The notes beneath the pieces are model-generated. The model had not been told where the DNA came from. It made no database searches and saw only the letters and a program-made list of their open reading frames with translations. Positions 1 through 9,321 of a stretch of 64,000 nt of DNA are shown one piece after another. The stretch is from the sequence record MT446414.1; one strand, 5' to 3'. Source of the stretch: Escherichia virus TH43. How positions within the stretch are numbered: position 1 is the first letter of the stretch; every line of letters starts with the position of its first letter. The translations under genes and the position numbers were made by a program.

Positions 1-207
1 GGCTAACAAAGCTCTTGGTGGTGATTGTATTCAATTATTCAACACAAGACAAGAGGCTCGTCTTGCTAAGAAAACTATAAAAGCTACAAAAGCTTTAGGA
101 ATCGCTGAAAAGGTGGAGATTCATCGTTGGATTGAAAATATCCAGAACAGTGCTGGATTCATATCCAGCAAGGTTTATTACTAGTTGGTAGTAGATATGA
201 TAACTCT

Positions 208-230
208 CAAATGTATATACAGTATAAGAA
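208..230 (+). promoter_or_regulatory. candidate phage-specific promoter motif (AAATGTATATACAGTATAAG)
   Basis: member of the recurrent TAATGTA(T)ATA motif family; lies upstream of the first ORF. Confidence 0.35.
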
Positions 231-236
231 TATTGT

Positions 237-584
237 ATGAAACAGGAGAGAGTTATGTTAGATTTGAGTAAAGTGGCCCCGCCATCTGAAGAGATTAGCA
301 AAGCTAAAGTTATGCAGCAGTTCTATCATCGTGATATGCTTGGTCGTTATATCAAGAATCGTGATGTTGTTGCATGGTCTATTGGAAATCAAGGTTATCT
401 TCTCAAAGTGTTGCAAGTTACTGGCTCAACAGCCAAGCGTGTTAAGGTGTATGACCCTGAAATGGGGCGTTCTAAGTCTGTAGACCCACAGAACTGCATT
501 GTTATTACCCAGCAGGTCATGGACAACATTGCTCGTAACGTAGCCAATTCAACCAACTTAGAAGGAGAGACTCCTAATGCATAA
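237..584 (+). CDS. hypothetical protein (more likely start ATG 255 after RBS AGGAGAG)
   Basis: ORF track; RBS at 243-249. Confidence 0.5.
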   Translation: MKQERVMLDLSKVAPPSEEISKAKVMQQFYHRDMLGRYIKNRDVVAWSIGNQGYLLKVLQVTGSTAKRVKVYDPEMGRSKSVDPQNCIVITQQVMDNIARNVANSTNLEGETPNA

Positions 585-1143
585 TAATGTCTTCGACTTA
601 CCTGAACTAACACGAGTGGGTTCTAGTAACCCATTCTCTACAACTGACTCCTCTATCTCTCGTCTTGAGGGAATGAATAAACTGATCAGCGGTAACAGTC
701 TAGAGCACATCCTATGCGGTGTGCAGGCTAACCTTGAGCTTCTACACATCAAAGCAAAGAATTACCACTGGAACGTCTCTGGAGCTGGTTTCCAAGGTGT
801 TCATGGTATGTTCGATGAATTAGAAGACTATGCTCGTGAAACAGGAGACCGAGTAGCTGAGCGAATGCGTTATCACTGTATCAAAGTGGATGCAACAGCT
901 AGTAGCTATCTTAGTTGTGCTTGGTTCAGAGAAGGTAGTGCTGATCTCGACATGGACGGTATGCTTTCCGACATGTGCATGACTCTGATGTGTATCATTG
1001 AAAAGATGGACGAGTTTGATTCAGACTTGTGCACCTATCCAGTAGACCAGAGTATGCTTCAAGAAATTAATGAAGGTCTTGGCAAGTTCTGTTACTTCGT
1101 CAAGAGCAACATGTCCCACTCTAGTGGTGACGTGTCTTACTAA
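577..1143 (+). CDS. hypothetical protein
   Basis: ORF track; RBS GGAGAG upstream; start overlaps previous stop. Confidence 0.55.
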   Translation: MHNNVFDLPELTRVGSSNPFSTTDSSISRLEGMNKLISGNSLEHILCGVQANLELLHIKAKNYHWNVSGAGFQGVHGMFDELEDYARETGDRVAERMRYHCIKVDATASSYLSCAWFREGSADLDMDGMLSDMCMTLMCIIEKMDEFDSDLCTYPVDQSMLQEINEGLGKFCYFVKSNMSHSSGDVSY

Positions 1144-1164
1144 TCAAACCTCCGCCCTGTCTCT

Positions 1165-1386
1165 TTGTTTAAGAGGTGGGGCGAACTTCTTTATAAGGAT
1201 GTGAATATGTTTTCAGCAATCGTATGGTCTGTGTGGGCAATTCTTGTTGGTGGTATCGTTTATCTGGCTCAGAAACAGATGCTTAAAGAAAATCCGAATG
1301 ATGCTAAACCCATTAAACATGGCAGCATTGCTCTGGTAATTTTCTCTGTTGTCATTCCTTTCCTTCTCCACCTGTTGACTGCATAA
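1165..1386 (+). CDS. small membrane protein (alternative start 1207); paralog of the next ORF
   Basis: hydrophobic helices; RBS AAGGA before ATG 1207. Confidence 0.45.
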   Translation: MFKRWGELLYKDVNMFSAIVWSVWAILVGGIVYLAQKQMLKENPNDAKPIKHGSIALVIFSVVIPFLLHLLTA

Positions 1387-1395
1387 GGGTTTGAT

Positions 1396-1581
1396 ATGAT
1401 TTCACTGATTGTGTGGGCCGTGTGGTCGTTAATAGTTGGTACTGTTATATATAAAGCTCGAAATTTAGCAATTAAAGAAAACCCAGCAGAAGAGGATGTT
1501 AAAGCTATCAAGCTAGGTAGTGTTGTTCTGGTACATTTTGCTATAACACTACCTCTTGTTATTATTCTTTGTATGCTGTAA
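1396..1581 (+). CDS. small membrane protein; paralog of 1165..1386
   Basis: shared VW-x-W..LVGG..Y.A....KENP...K.IK.GS pattern. Confidence 0.45.
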   Translation: MISLIVWAVWSLIVGTVIYKARNLAIKENPAEEDVKAIKLGSVVLVHFAITLPLVIILCML

Positions 1582-1593
1582 GGAACCTGAAGA

Positions 1594-1770
1594 ATGAAAC
1601 TAAAACTCCCTGAAGAGTTGCAAGCACACGCCATTATTGTTAGTGGCTGTGTGATGGGTCTTGGTCAGACAAAGAAGATTGCTCATGACTTAGCAAAAGG
1701 TCAGTATAAATCTTTTATTGTTGTTCCTGCTACCCAGCGTCATATCAACCTGTTTATTAACAAGGAATAG
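1594..1770 (+). CDS. small hypothetical protein (58 aa, below track cutoff)
   Basis: manual translation; RBS AAGGAA 9 nt upstream. Confidence 0.35.
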   Translation: MKLKLPEELQAHAIIVSGCVMGLGQTKKIAHDLAKGQYKSFIVVPATQRHINLFINKE

Positions 1771-1771
1771 A

Positions 1772-2047
1772 ATGAGTAAAGTAATTAAGTTTTACAGTAA
1801 TTCATGTGCTCCGTGTGCAGCTATGGCTCCTGTGTTTAAGAAGGTTGTGGCTGACTACAGTGTAGAAGTTGAAGAAGTAAATATCTCTGAAGGTGATGGT
1901 CGAGAGCGAGCCATTGAATACGGTGTTCGCAGTATCCCAGCCTTTGTCGTCCCTGATAAGAATAGTGGTGCTCATTATAGTTTATCAGGTATGCAAACTG
2001 AATCTAATCTCCGTGCATTTTTAGACACGGCTCTGAAAGGTATTTAA
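1772..2047 (+). CDS. thioredoxin-fold redox protein (CxxC)
   Basis: N-terminal KFYSNSCAPCAAMAPVF motif; RBS AAGGAA. Confidence 0.6.
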   Translation: MSKVIKFYSNSCAPCAAMAPVFKKVVADYSVEVEEVNISEGDGRERAIEYGVRSIPAFVVPDKNSGAHYSLSGMQTESNLRAFLDTALKGI

Positions 2048-2048
2048 T

Positions 2049-2264
2049 ATGGAAAAGAAACCTTGGATTACTTTTTGGGTAGTTAAGTGGTTTAATTTTG
2101 ATAGCACAATCCCTAGTTTCTCCTCATATACAACACGGAGAGAGGCTCGCCGCTTTAAGCGAGCTTTAAAAATTGCTAACACTGGCGCTTCTAAGATTAC
2201 AATTCAGAAAGGGATTGAAACAGAAAGTGGAAGCAACATGATTTATAAAAAGATTCATTATTAA
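2049..2264 (+). CDS. hypothetical protein
   Basis: ORF track. Confidence 0.4.
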   Translation: MEKKPWITFWVVKWFNFDSTIPSFSSYTTRREARRFKRALKIANTGASKITIQKGIETESGSNMIYKKIHY

Positions 2265-2278
2265 GGAAGAGTTCAAGG

Positions 2279-2929
2279 ATGAATGAACAATTACAAGCAA
2301 CACTAATCGAAGCAATGGGTTCTGATAAATCTGTTGTTAATGCAGCTCGAGTTTCCTTTGGGGTTACTCGTGAAGGAGAGTTAAATGAACGAGATGAACG
2401 CCTTATCAAATTCCTTGCCAGAGAAAAGCATGTCACACCATTCCGTCATCCGACAATTAGCTTCCGATGCAAAGCGCCAATCGCAATTGCGAGACAGTTG
2501 GGCAAGCATCAAGTTGGATTCTCGTGGAACGAAATGTCCCGGCGGTATAAAGATGGAGCAGTTGAACTCTTCATCCCTAAAGAGATTTTTGAAAGACCTT
2601 CGGACCTCCATGCAGGTGCAGGGAATCTCCTCACCACAGGAGCACAAAACTCTGCACTAGTTCTGATTAATCGAGCATATGAAACAGCTCTTGAGTCGTA
2701 CGATGAATTGATTAAGTTCATTGCTCCAGAACAAGCTCGATTCGTATTACCTCAGGGTATGATCACTGAGTGGGTATGGACTGGTTCTCTATATGGTTGG
2801 TCAGAGTTGTGTCGTCAGAGATTGTCAGACCATGCTCAGTACGAAGTACGAGTGTTCGCATCAACAATTGATGAAGAGCTTCGTAAAATATACCCAATCT
2901 CTTGGGATGCATTACGTGAAGCCCACTAA
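2279..2929 (+). CDS. thyX: flavin-dependent thymidylate synthase ThyX-like protein
   Basis: AARVSF...TPFRH...FRCKAPIAIARQ...SWNEMSRRY resembles the ThyX core; canonical RHR appears as KHQ. Confidence 0.6.
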   Translation: MNEQLQATLIEAMGSDKSVVNAARVSFGVTREGELNERDERLIKFLAREKHVTPFRHPTISFRCKAPIAIARQLGKHQVGFSWNEMSRRYKDGAVELFIPKEIFERPSDLHAGAGNLLTTGAQNSALVLINRAYETALESYDELIKFIAPEQARFVLPQGMITEWVWTGSLYGWSELCRQRLSDHAQYEVRVFASTIDEELRKIYPISWDALREAH

Positions 2930-3101
2930 AGCATGTAGCTTCTGTCGAAAGCAGAAGCTTCTTATCAATTTCAAACTGAATGAGGAAACAGGTTTGGGTC
3001 ATGCTTTTTGTCATGATTGCAGGCACTACCTCGAACAGAAGCAATACATAAACTGGTTGCATTACTACAACCCTAACATCTATAATCACAAGGTTATCTA
3101 A
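2906..3101 (+). CDS. small zinc-ribbon protein (CxxC...CxxC); overlaps thyX 3' end; start uncertain
   Basis: ORF track 2793..3101; Cys pairs CSFC and CHDC. Confidence 0.35.
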
Positions 3102-3581
3102 ATGAAAGCTATTTTTGAAGGAAGGGAGTATGATGTTCCTGATTGGGTTAAATACATAGCCCGTGACTATGATAATCTGGTTTGGGCATATGGAGACGTA
3201 AGACCTGTGTTTAATGAAAACACTGGTAGTTGGTCTAACATGTCAAAATTGCCAGGATTTATTCGGGCACTTGGCTCTTCTAGTCGTCCTGTAGGTTTCG
3301 CTGCTGACTCACTTGTTGAGGTTGGTGTTGAAAAGGAAATAGACAAGCCAGAAACGATTTGGGTTTTATCTTCGAGTACCCCAATCAAAGGGAGTCGTGG
3401 GATTTCCTTCTATGTTGAACCGGTCGCTTACTTCAAAAATAAGCCAACCATCAACGCTCTGATGTTAAAGAACATTCCTTATTCACAAGTTGCTACTCTG
3501 TTAGATAATGGTACAGTGCTTGTTGAGAATAATGGGACAAATCAAATCTTTTATGATTTAGAAGAAAGGGTTTTGGAATGA
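3102..3581 (+). CDS. hypothetical protein
   Basis: ORF track. Confidence 0.5.
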   Translation: MKAIFEGREYDVPDWVKYIARDYDNLVWAYGDVRPVFNENTGSWSNMSKLPGFIRALGSSSRPVGFAADSLVEVGVEKEIDKPETIWVLSSSTPIKGSRGISFYVEPVAYFKNKPTINALMLKNIPYSQVATLLDNGTVLVENNGTNQIFYDLEERVLE

Positions 3582-3787
3582 GAATCTACAAATTAAGTCT
3601 ATGCTTTAGTGAATGGACTCACGACACAGAAGTAAAAGCAACTTATTACAAAGACCGTCCTACTCGTGGTCAGCTGATGCTAGATGGTATGGGTAGTGAT
3701 GCTTGTGATGTTGTTCTTCAATACGGAGCTGTTCAGGACTCTTCTCCCGGATATGTTTGGAAACTTGGGATTATTGAGGTTAAGTAA
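3578..3787 (+). CDS. hypothetical protein
   Basis: ORF track; ATGA overlap with previous gene. Confidence 0.45.
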   Translation: MRIYKLSLCFSEWTHDTEVKATYYKDRPTRGQLMLDGMGSDACDVVLQYGAVQDSSPGYVWKLGIIEVK

Positions 3788-4000
3788 ATGAAAGGTTTAG
3801 TATTAGGAAAACATCGATTTACTTTCCGTATCTCAGACAGGAATCCATACCCCACCAAGATTGAACCTTATGAGATTATCTCTGAAGTGTTTATCTGGCC
3901 TTGGCAAAGCATCTATGATGTTGCCCTTAAATCCAAGAAGAAGCTGATACCTGTTGGTATTTGGGCTGATGTTGATTTAATTAAAATCGAAAAGGTTTAA
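3788..4000 (+). CDS. hypothetical protein
   Basis: ORF track. Confidence 0.45.
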   Translation: MKGLVLGKHRFTFRISDRNPYPTKIEPYEIISEVFIWPWQSIYDVALKSKKKLIPVGIWADVDLIKIEKV

Positions 4001-4001
4001 A

Positions 4002-4322
4002 ATGATTAATGATAATACATTTAGGACTGGTAACGGAAACGAGATTAGTCCTGCTGAAGTGATTAAACGACACAGAACGCAGATGCTTATCCACTCCTAT
4101 TTGTATTATTGGTTGGATGACCCAATCTGGTCTGATGATAAATGGCAACAAGTGGCTGATGACTTAACCACTTTGCAAGAGATGTATCCTGAGCCTATTG
4201 GATTCTTTGATTCAGAGTTCAATGGGTGGAATGGCTCTACTGGTATGCATCTCCCTCATGACGAGCGTATTGCTTGTATGGCTACTGAAGTATATCGTTT
4301 ACATAAGGACAAATCTATCTGA
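4002..4322 (+). CDS. hypothetical protein with NAD-ligase domain Ia-like motif
   Basis: HSYLYYWLDDPIWSDDKW...LQEMYPE resembles the LigA N-terminal Ia domain (recalled). Confidence 0.45.
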   Translation: MINDNTFRTGNGNEISPAEVIKRHRTQMLIHSYLYYWLDDPIWSDDKWQQVADDLTTLQEMYPEPIGFFDSEFNGWNGSTGMHLPHDERIACMATEVYRLHKDKSI

Positions 4323-4500
4323 AATGTTTTAAATGTGAATCCACTCTTCTCCATCTGGACTCGAAAGTAATACGAGAGCTTGCTAAAGGCTCTCCGACGA
4401 AAGGGAAGAATAAGAAATTTGTCGAAGTTAAGGTTATAGGTACTCATTGTTCAGAGTGTAAATCCTGTAGCTACACGTATGAAGAACTTGGAGGTAGAAA

Positions 4501-5238
4501 ATGAATCGCAGAGAAACTCGTAGAGAAGCACGGAAAGCAGCTCGTCGTGGTGAACAGGTGACTAATAAAGGTAAACGTGAGTATCAAGAAGTTGTTCTTG
4601 CTAAGCCTGTAGTCCCTCAGAATCAGTTTCAATCCGAACTGCTCAATGCTATCAAGACTAAACAAGTAGTCTTTACGGATGCTCCTGCTGGCTGTGGTAA
4701 GACCTATGTTATCACAACAACAGTTATTGATGCTCTGAAAAGTGGAAAGATTCAAAAGATTATCCTAAGCCGGCCTGCTGTTGGTATGGGTAACTCACTT
4801 GGATTACTTCCCGGTGGATTGCGTGAGAAGTTCGAACCTTACCTGATGCCTATCGTTGATGTTATCACTCAGCGTTACGGTAAAGGCTTCTACGAGTGTC
4901 AAATTGGTAATGGTAACATAGAGTTCGTACCTCTGGAATACCTCCGTGGTCGTTCGTTCAATGATGCTATTGTGATTGTTGACGAGTTTCAGAACACCAC
5001 CCCTGATGAAGCATATTCTATTATGACTCGTCTTGGTGAAACCTCTCAGATGTTCTGTATGGGTGACACTAACCAGCACGACATGCGTGGTGAGAGTGGT
5101 TTGGAATGGGCTACTGACTTCATTGACAAGCACAACCTGTTTGAGTTTGCTGCTTTGGTTGATGGTGAGTCAGATGATATTGTTCGTTCAGGTTTCTGTA
5201 AAGCTATTGTTAAAGCAATGGAATCTGAAAAATCCTAA
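4501..5238 (+). CDS. phoH: PhoH-like ATPase
   Basis: Walker A GCGKTY; Walker B VIVDEFQN; PhoH-like LEYLRGRS block. Confidence 0.75.
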   Translation: MNRRETRREARKAARRGEQVTNKGKREYQEVVLAKPVVPQNQFQSELLNAIKTKQVVFTDAPAGCGKTYVITTTVIDALKSGKIQKIILSRPAVGMGNSLGLLPGGLREKFEPYLMPIVDVITQRYGKGFYECQIGNGNIEFVPLEYLRGRSFNDAIVIVDEFQNTTPDEAYSIMTRLGETSQMFCMGDTNQHDMRGESGLEWATDFIDKHNLFEFAALVDGESDDIVRSGFCKAIVKAMESEKS

Positions 5239-5239
5239 A

Positions 5240-5256
5240 CATAATGTATACTCCTT
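5240..5256 (+). promoter_or_regulatory. candidate phage-specific promoter motif (ATAATGTATACTCC)
   Basis: TAATGTATA-like motif 27 nt upstream of the 5283 gene. Confidence 0.35.
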
Positions 5257-5282
5257 AGTGTACACTGATATATTAAGGAGTT

Positions 5283-5600
5283 ATGATGACTGATAAGGCA
5301 AAACGTGATTATGCACAAGAACGAAGAACTGCAATCGCAAGGGGTGAAACCGGCGTTGGTAGCAAGAGCGGAGATGCTCAGCGCCACCGTGCACGTCGCA
5401 TCGTTGAAAAGCGCGATGGAAAAGCTGCTGTCCGAGGTAAAGATGTTGGACATAAACGATCAATCAAGTCGGGAGGTTCTAATGCGTCAAGTAACTTACG
5501 TGTTGAATCAGTCTCTGGAAATCGCTCGAACGGCGGCAAAAGTGGAGATCGTGCTGGAAAATCAGCAGGCGGTCGCAAAGGAGCTTTAAGCTCAAGTTAA
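5283..5600 (+). CDS. basic Gly/Ser/Arg-rich protein
   Basis: RBS AGGAG before ATG 5283; terminator follows. Confidence 0.5.
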   Translation: MMTDKAKRDYAQERRTAIARGETGVGSKSGDAQRHRARRIVEKRDGKAAVRGKDVGHKRSIKSGGSNASSNLRVESVSGNRSNGGKSGDRAGKSAGGRKGALSSS

Positions 5601-5604
5601 TATA

Positions 5605-5636
5605 AGGCTACCCATTTCGGGTGGCCTTTTCTTTTA
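5605..5636 (+). terminator. rho-independent terminator
   Basis: AGGCTACCC-ATTTC-GGGTGGCCT hairpin followed by a T-tract. Confidence 0.6.
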
Positions 5637-5656
5637 TATAATCTAAGGTAGTAAAT

Positions 5657-5908
5657 ATGTCTAAAGTAACTTATATCACTGTAACTGATTTCCTCCCTTC
5701 TCAGAATGTAACTGAGAGCTACACTTTTCCTGTAGAAAATGTTACAAGCTCTGTTGAAATGATTCAGTTTAACCCAACAACAGCTCGCACTAATGTAGCC
5801 CTTCGTGGTGCTAATGGTAAGTTCATCTCCTTCCGTGATAAGAGTGTTCCTAAGCGTATTGCTAAGTCTATTGAAAACCTGAAACCTTTCCCTAACTTTG
5901 GTGCATAA
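5657..5908 (+). CDS. hypothetical protein; paralog of the next ORF
   Basis: shared TARTNV.LRG..GKF.S.RD...NLKPFP. Confidence 0.5.
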   Translation: MSKVTYITVTDFLPSQNVTESYTFPVENVTSSVEMIQFNPTTARTNVALRGANGKFISFRDKSVPKRIAKSIENLKPFPNFGA

Positions 5909-6167
5909 TATGAAGATCAGCTTAATCCAAATCCGTGATCATCTTTTTAATGGTGATGCTCAGACTCATGATTACAAGGTTAATCAAGGACAACACCCTA
6001 CCAACCACCTGATTGGAGGGATTTCTTTATTGCCTAATAAAACAGCACGAACTAATGTAATGATTCGTGGTAAGGATGGAAAATTCCTTTCTTATCGTGA
6101 TCTTGAAATCTGTGCTGATGTTCGTACAGCTATGAACAATCTGAAACCTTTCCCGACAGTGGAGTAA
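5898..6167 (+). CDS. hypothetical protein; paralog of 5657..5908 (possible start 5910)
   Basis: shared TARTNV.IRG.DGKF.SYRD...NLKPFP. Confidence 0.5.
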   Translation: MVHNMKISLIQIRDHLFNGDAQTHDYKVNQGQHPTNHLIGGISLLPNKTARTNVMIRGKDGKFLSYRDLEICADVRTAMNNLKPFPTVE

Positions 6168-6170
6168 GTT

Positions 6171-6524
6171 ATGCCAGTACCTCAACGCCTAGAACGTCAC
6201 TGCGTTCTCAAATGGGACAATATTCATGACAACCTCTCCATTCAAGAGTTTCGTCAGTTTATTGAATTAACAGCGAAGATTAACCGAAACCAACCAGCTC
6301 GAAACTTTGTAGTGGTTAGTGATAAGTATCCTGAGTTGTATGAGCAGGTGTGGGGTATGAAACTTGCACAGGTTCAGAGAAACAGCAATGAACGAAGAGA
6401 AACTCGTAGACAGCGAGCAGAAGATATTCCAGCAGTCTTTTATGTGGATGAATTAACGGAATCCTATGAACAGTTAGATATTGTCGAGGATAACCAAGCG
6501 TTCACTGATTTAATATACCAATAA
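6171..6524 (+). CDS. hypothetical protein
   Basis: ORF track. Confidence 0.5.
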   Translation: MPVPQRLERHCVLKWDNIHDNLSIQEFRQFIELTAKINRNQPARNFVVVSDKYPELYEQVWGMKLAQVQRNSNERRETRRQRAEDIPAVFYVDELTESYEQLDIVEDNQAFTDLIYQ

Positions 6525-6537
6525 TTATAAGGAGTGG

Positions 6538-8385
6538 GTGATGGATAACCCTGATAAGTTACCTTTCATAACGGAGATGACAGTCGCTGATATAATCTCA
6601 AAGCAGGCGAAGCATGGCGTCAACTTCCACAGAAGAAACGCTCGGTGGTTTGTTCACCTTCTCAAAGAGATTATTGTCAATATTGATAAAGAACTGATTC
6701 CTCTCCTCCCCAAAATGCGGGTGGATGGTTCAACTTATTCGAAACCTTTTAAGAAGTCAGGTGCTTTACAGAAGTGGCCTCAGCTCTATTGTGACAGAGT
6801 TGGTCTTAAAAGAGAAGATATCGGTGGGGCGTTTACTTGCGTTGAGTATGTAGACTTCGACCCATCGAAAGATGCACGTATCAAAGAAGCCTTGATGGAC
6901 GAAGGCTTTATTCCTCCAGAGTGGAACACATCCAAGAAACCTTGGAATACTTACGAAATCCGTAAAGCGATGAAGAAGTATGGCACATATGCTGCTTGGT
7001 ATTCTGCTTGGATGCGGGGAAACGCTAAAGAAAAACAGACAGCTGAGATGATTGACGCTGACATTCGTCGGTTCTTGGATAAACACTTCCGTTATCACAC
7101 TGTCAATTACATGAAAGCGTACGTTAGTGGTTTAGGTTTGAATCCGAACAGGAAGAAGCCTGTAACCTTTGATGAAATTAAGAAAGCTTTAGCCATGTCA
7201 AACAAGTGGCCTACAGCTCCTACAAACCTCGAGGAGACGCTTGAAGAAGGTCTTGGGGGTGAGCTAGGGGGTGTGGGAGGTTTGCTTAAGAGACGTGTTG
7301 TAGCGGCTCACAGGCTTGGCTTGATTAATGGTCTTATAGACAAGGAACGAGAAGATGGTAAGTTGTCCGCCGAAGCTAATAGCTGCGCTACTCCGACATT
7401 TCGTTTTAAACACCGTATTGTTGTTAATATTCCTTCTCGCGGTTTGTTTGGTCACGAGTGCCGCAGTCTATTTCAGTCTGACTGTACCTCAAGTGATAGT
7501 AATCACAATCCTATCATCATTACCAACCATATCCCTGATGGGTGTTACGTACGAAAAGGTACAAACACTATCTACGAAGTGGGAAAACCGGGCAAGAAAG
7601 ACAAACCGATAGGTGCTCTGAAATATTACATACCTTCTGGTCATGAAGTATTTCTTGGTTATGATGGTTCAGGGTTAGAACTGCGTATGCTGGCTCACTA
7701 CCTTATTAAAGAGTGTCGTGAGATGTTGGCAGAGGCAGAACAAGAGAATAACCCAGCTAAGAAACGAGAAGCTGAACGCGGTTTAGCATCTGCCGTATTG
7801 TACAGAGATATTCTCTTACAGGGTGATATTCACTCCCATAACCAGAAACTTGCTGGCTTGCCTACCCGTGATAATGCTAAGACGTTTATCTACGCATTCA
7901 ACTACGGAGCTGGTGATGCTAAGCTAGGTAGTATTGTTGGTGGTGGGGCTGATGAAGGTTCTATAATGAGAGCTAGATTCTTAGCAGAGAACCCTTGTAT
8001 TGCAATCCTTATTGAACGTATGACAGAGAAAGCACAAAGTGGATACATCTACGGTGTTGACGGTCGTCGTATTACAATGAGACGTGACGGTACAGGAAAG
8101 GTCATGACACACAAAGCCTTAAATACGCTCTTACAGAGCGCTGGGGCGATTGTTATGAAGTATGCAATGCTATTCCTCAATAAATGGATTGAGCGTGATG
8201 GTGTTCGTTGTGCGAAGGTTATCGACATGCATGATGAAGGCCAGTTCACTGTACATCGTGAAGATGTTAACAAACTTCGTACTCTCACTGAAGAGTGTGT
8301 TCGTAAAGCGGGTGAATACCTCAAGATGGAATGTCCTCTTGCATCAGATTGTAAGATTGGGCTTAACTGGAATCATACTCACTAA
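6538..8385 (+). CDS. DNA polymerase, family A (Pol I-like)
   Basis: motif A DGSGLELRMLAH, motif B RDNAKTFIYAFNYGAG, motif C MHDE; RBS AGGAG. Confidence 0.85.
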   Translation: MMDNPDKLPFITEMTVADIISKQAKHGVNFHRRNARWFVHLLKEIIVNIDKELIPLLPKMRVDGSTYSKPFKKSGALQKWPQLYCDRVGLKREDIGGAFTCVEYVDFDPSKDARIKEALMDEGFIPPEWNTSKKPWNTYEIRKAMKKYGTYAAWYSAWMRGNAKEKQTAEMIDADIRRFLDKHFRYHTVNYMKAYVSGLGLNPNRKKPVTFDEIKKALAMSNKWPTAPTNLEETLEEGLGGELGGVGGLLKRRVVAAHRLGLINGLIDKEREDGKLSAEANSCATPTFRFKHRIVVNIPSRGLFGHECRSLFQSDCTSSDSNHNPIIITNHIPDGCYVRKGTNTIYEVGKPGKKDKPIGALKYYIPSGHEVFLGYDGSGLELRMLAHYLIKECREMLAEAEQENNPAKKREAERGLASAVLYRDILLQGDIHSHNQKLAGLPTRDNAKTFIYAFNYGAGDAKLGSIVGGGADEGSIMRARFLAENPCIAILIERMTEKAQSGYIYGVDGRRITMRRDGTGKVMTHKALNTLLQSAGAIVMKYAMLFLNKWIERDGVRCAKVIDMHDEGQFTVHREDVNKLRTLTEECVRKAGEYLKMECPLASDCKIGLNWNHTH

Positions 8386-8696
8386 TGATTGATATCAAAA
8401 CTGAAGTTAAATATAATCCCAAGCTCAATTTTGATGCTTGGGCAAAACGGATTCTTGATATACCTCTCCAAGATGTGGGTTACACACAAGTAACCTGCAC
8501 AGCAGAAATTCCTACTCATGGGTTACGTCCGTGGAAAGGCGTATCAGTTGTAGATGTGATAAAAGAGATGGTTAAAAGATGTGCCACTCAGTACGGAGGT
8601 GCATTAGAAGGTCGTCATTTCTACTACACCCGTAAGCAGGAGTCAACACAATACGAAACTTTCATTGAAGTTAACCTCTTTGTGGTGGAGAAGTAG
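8385..8696 (+). CDS. hypothetical protein
   Basis: ORF track; ATGA overlap with polymerase stop. Confidence 0.5.
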   Translation: MIDIKTEVKYNPKLNFDAWAKRILDIPLQDVGYTQVTCTAEIPTHGLRPWKGVSVVDVIKEMVKRCATQYGGALEGRHFYYTRKQESTQYETFIEVNLFVVEK

Positions 8697-8777
8697 TGAT
8701 TAGTTCAGTGGAAGAGTTGAATGGTATTACGAAATGAACTAGTCTTATTGATTAGTTCTTTTTAAGGAGACAAGGAA

Positions 8778-8912
8778 GTGGAAGAAGTAAAAAGTTCTGA
8801 ATGGTGCTTGAAGCAACAAAAGCTCGCACAGGATGAAGGTCGTTTTGAAGACGCTAAAGCTTATGGTGAATTATTTCAAACATGGGTAGAACGAGAGGAG
8901 AAAGCTAAATGA
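8778..8912 (+). CDS. small hypothetical protein (GTG start, 44 aa)
   Basis: manual translation; RBS AGGAGA upstream. Confidence 0.3.
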   Translation: MEEVKSSEWCLKQQKLAQDEGRFEDAKAYGELFQTWVEREEKAK

Positions 8913-9076
8913 TGGACCTGATTCGTAAACCCGCCCCAAAGTGGAACATCTATTACCAAGATTCCACTGGTAAATTTCATAACCAACTGGTTTATACTGA
9001 TGAAGAGCGAGATGAAGTCGTTGCTCAGATTGAAGCAGATGGTGGTACAGTTCTCAAAATCTACGAAAGGAATTAA
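8912..9076 (+). CDS. small hypothetical protein (54 aa)
   Basis: manual translation; TGATG overlap. Confidence 0.3.
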   Translation: MDLIRKPAPKWNIYYQDSTGKFHNQLVYTDEERDEVVAQIEADGGTVLKIYERN

Positions 9077-9078
9077 TA

Positions 9079-9321
9079 GTGACTCTAACCTCTAAAGAAT
9101 TAAAAGAAACTCTGGAAACAACCGAAGGTAAACAACATCTCCTTGCACAGATTCACTCTATGGGTAAGGATACCTTACGTCAAGCTTTGTATGAACTGAC
9201 TACTGCTGTTATCCAGATTGAAGCTAACGCTGAAGAAAGTTTGATTAAGTTAGAAGCTGCTGATGCAGAGATCAATGGATTGAAGGTTCGTATTGCCGAG
9301 CTGGAAACACAAAATAAATAA
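9079..9321 (+). CDS. coiled-coil protein (GTG start)
   Basis: ORF track; terminator directly downstream. Confidence 0.45.
   Translation: MTLTSKELKETLETTEGKQHLLAQIHSMGKDTLRQALYELTTAVIQIEANAEESLIKLEAADAEINGLKVRIAELETQNK

Noticed and set aside
95-4755. Minus-strand ORFs inside the plus-strand early block (for example 95..301, 395..613, 1269..1634, 4256..4447, 4471..4755)
   Set aside because: They overlap better-supported plus-strand genes and run against the local transcription direction.
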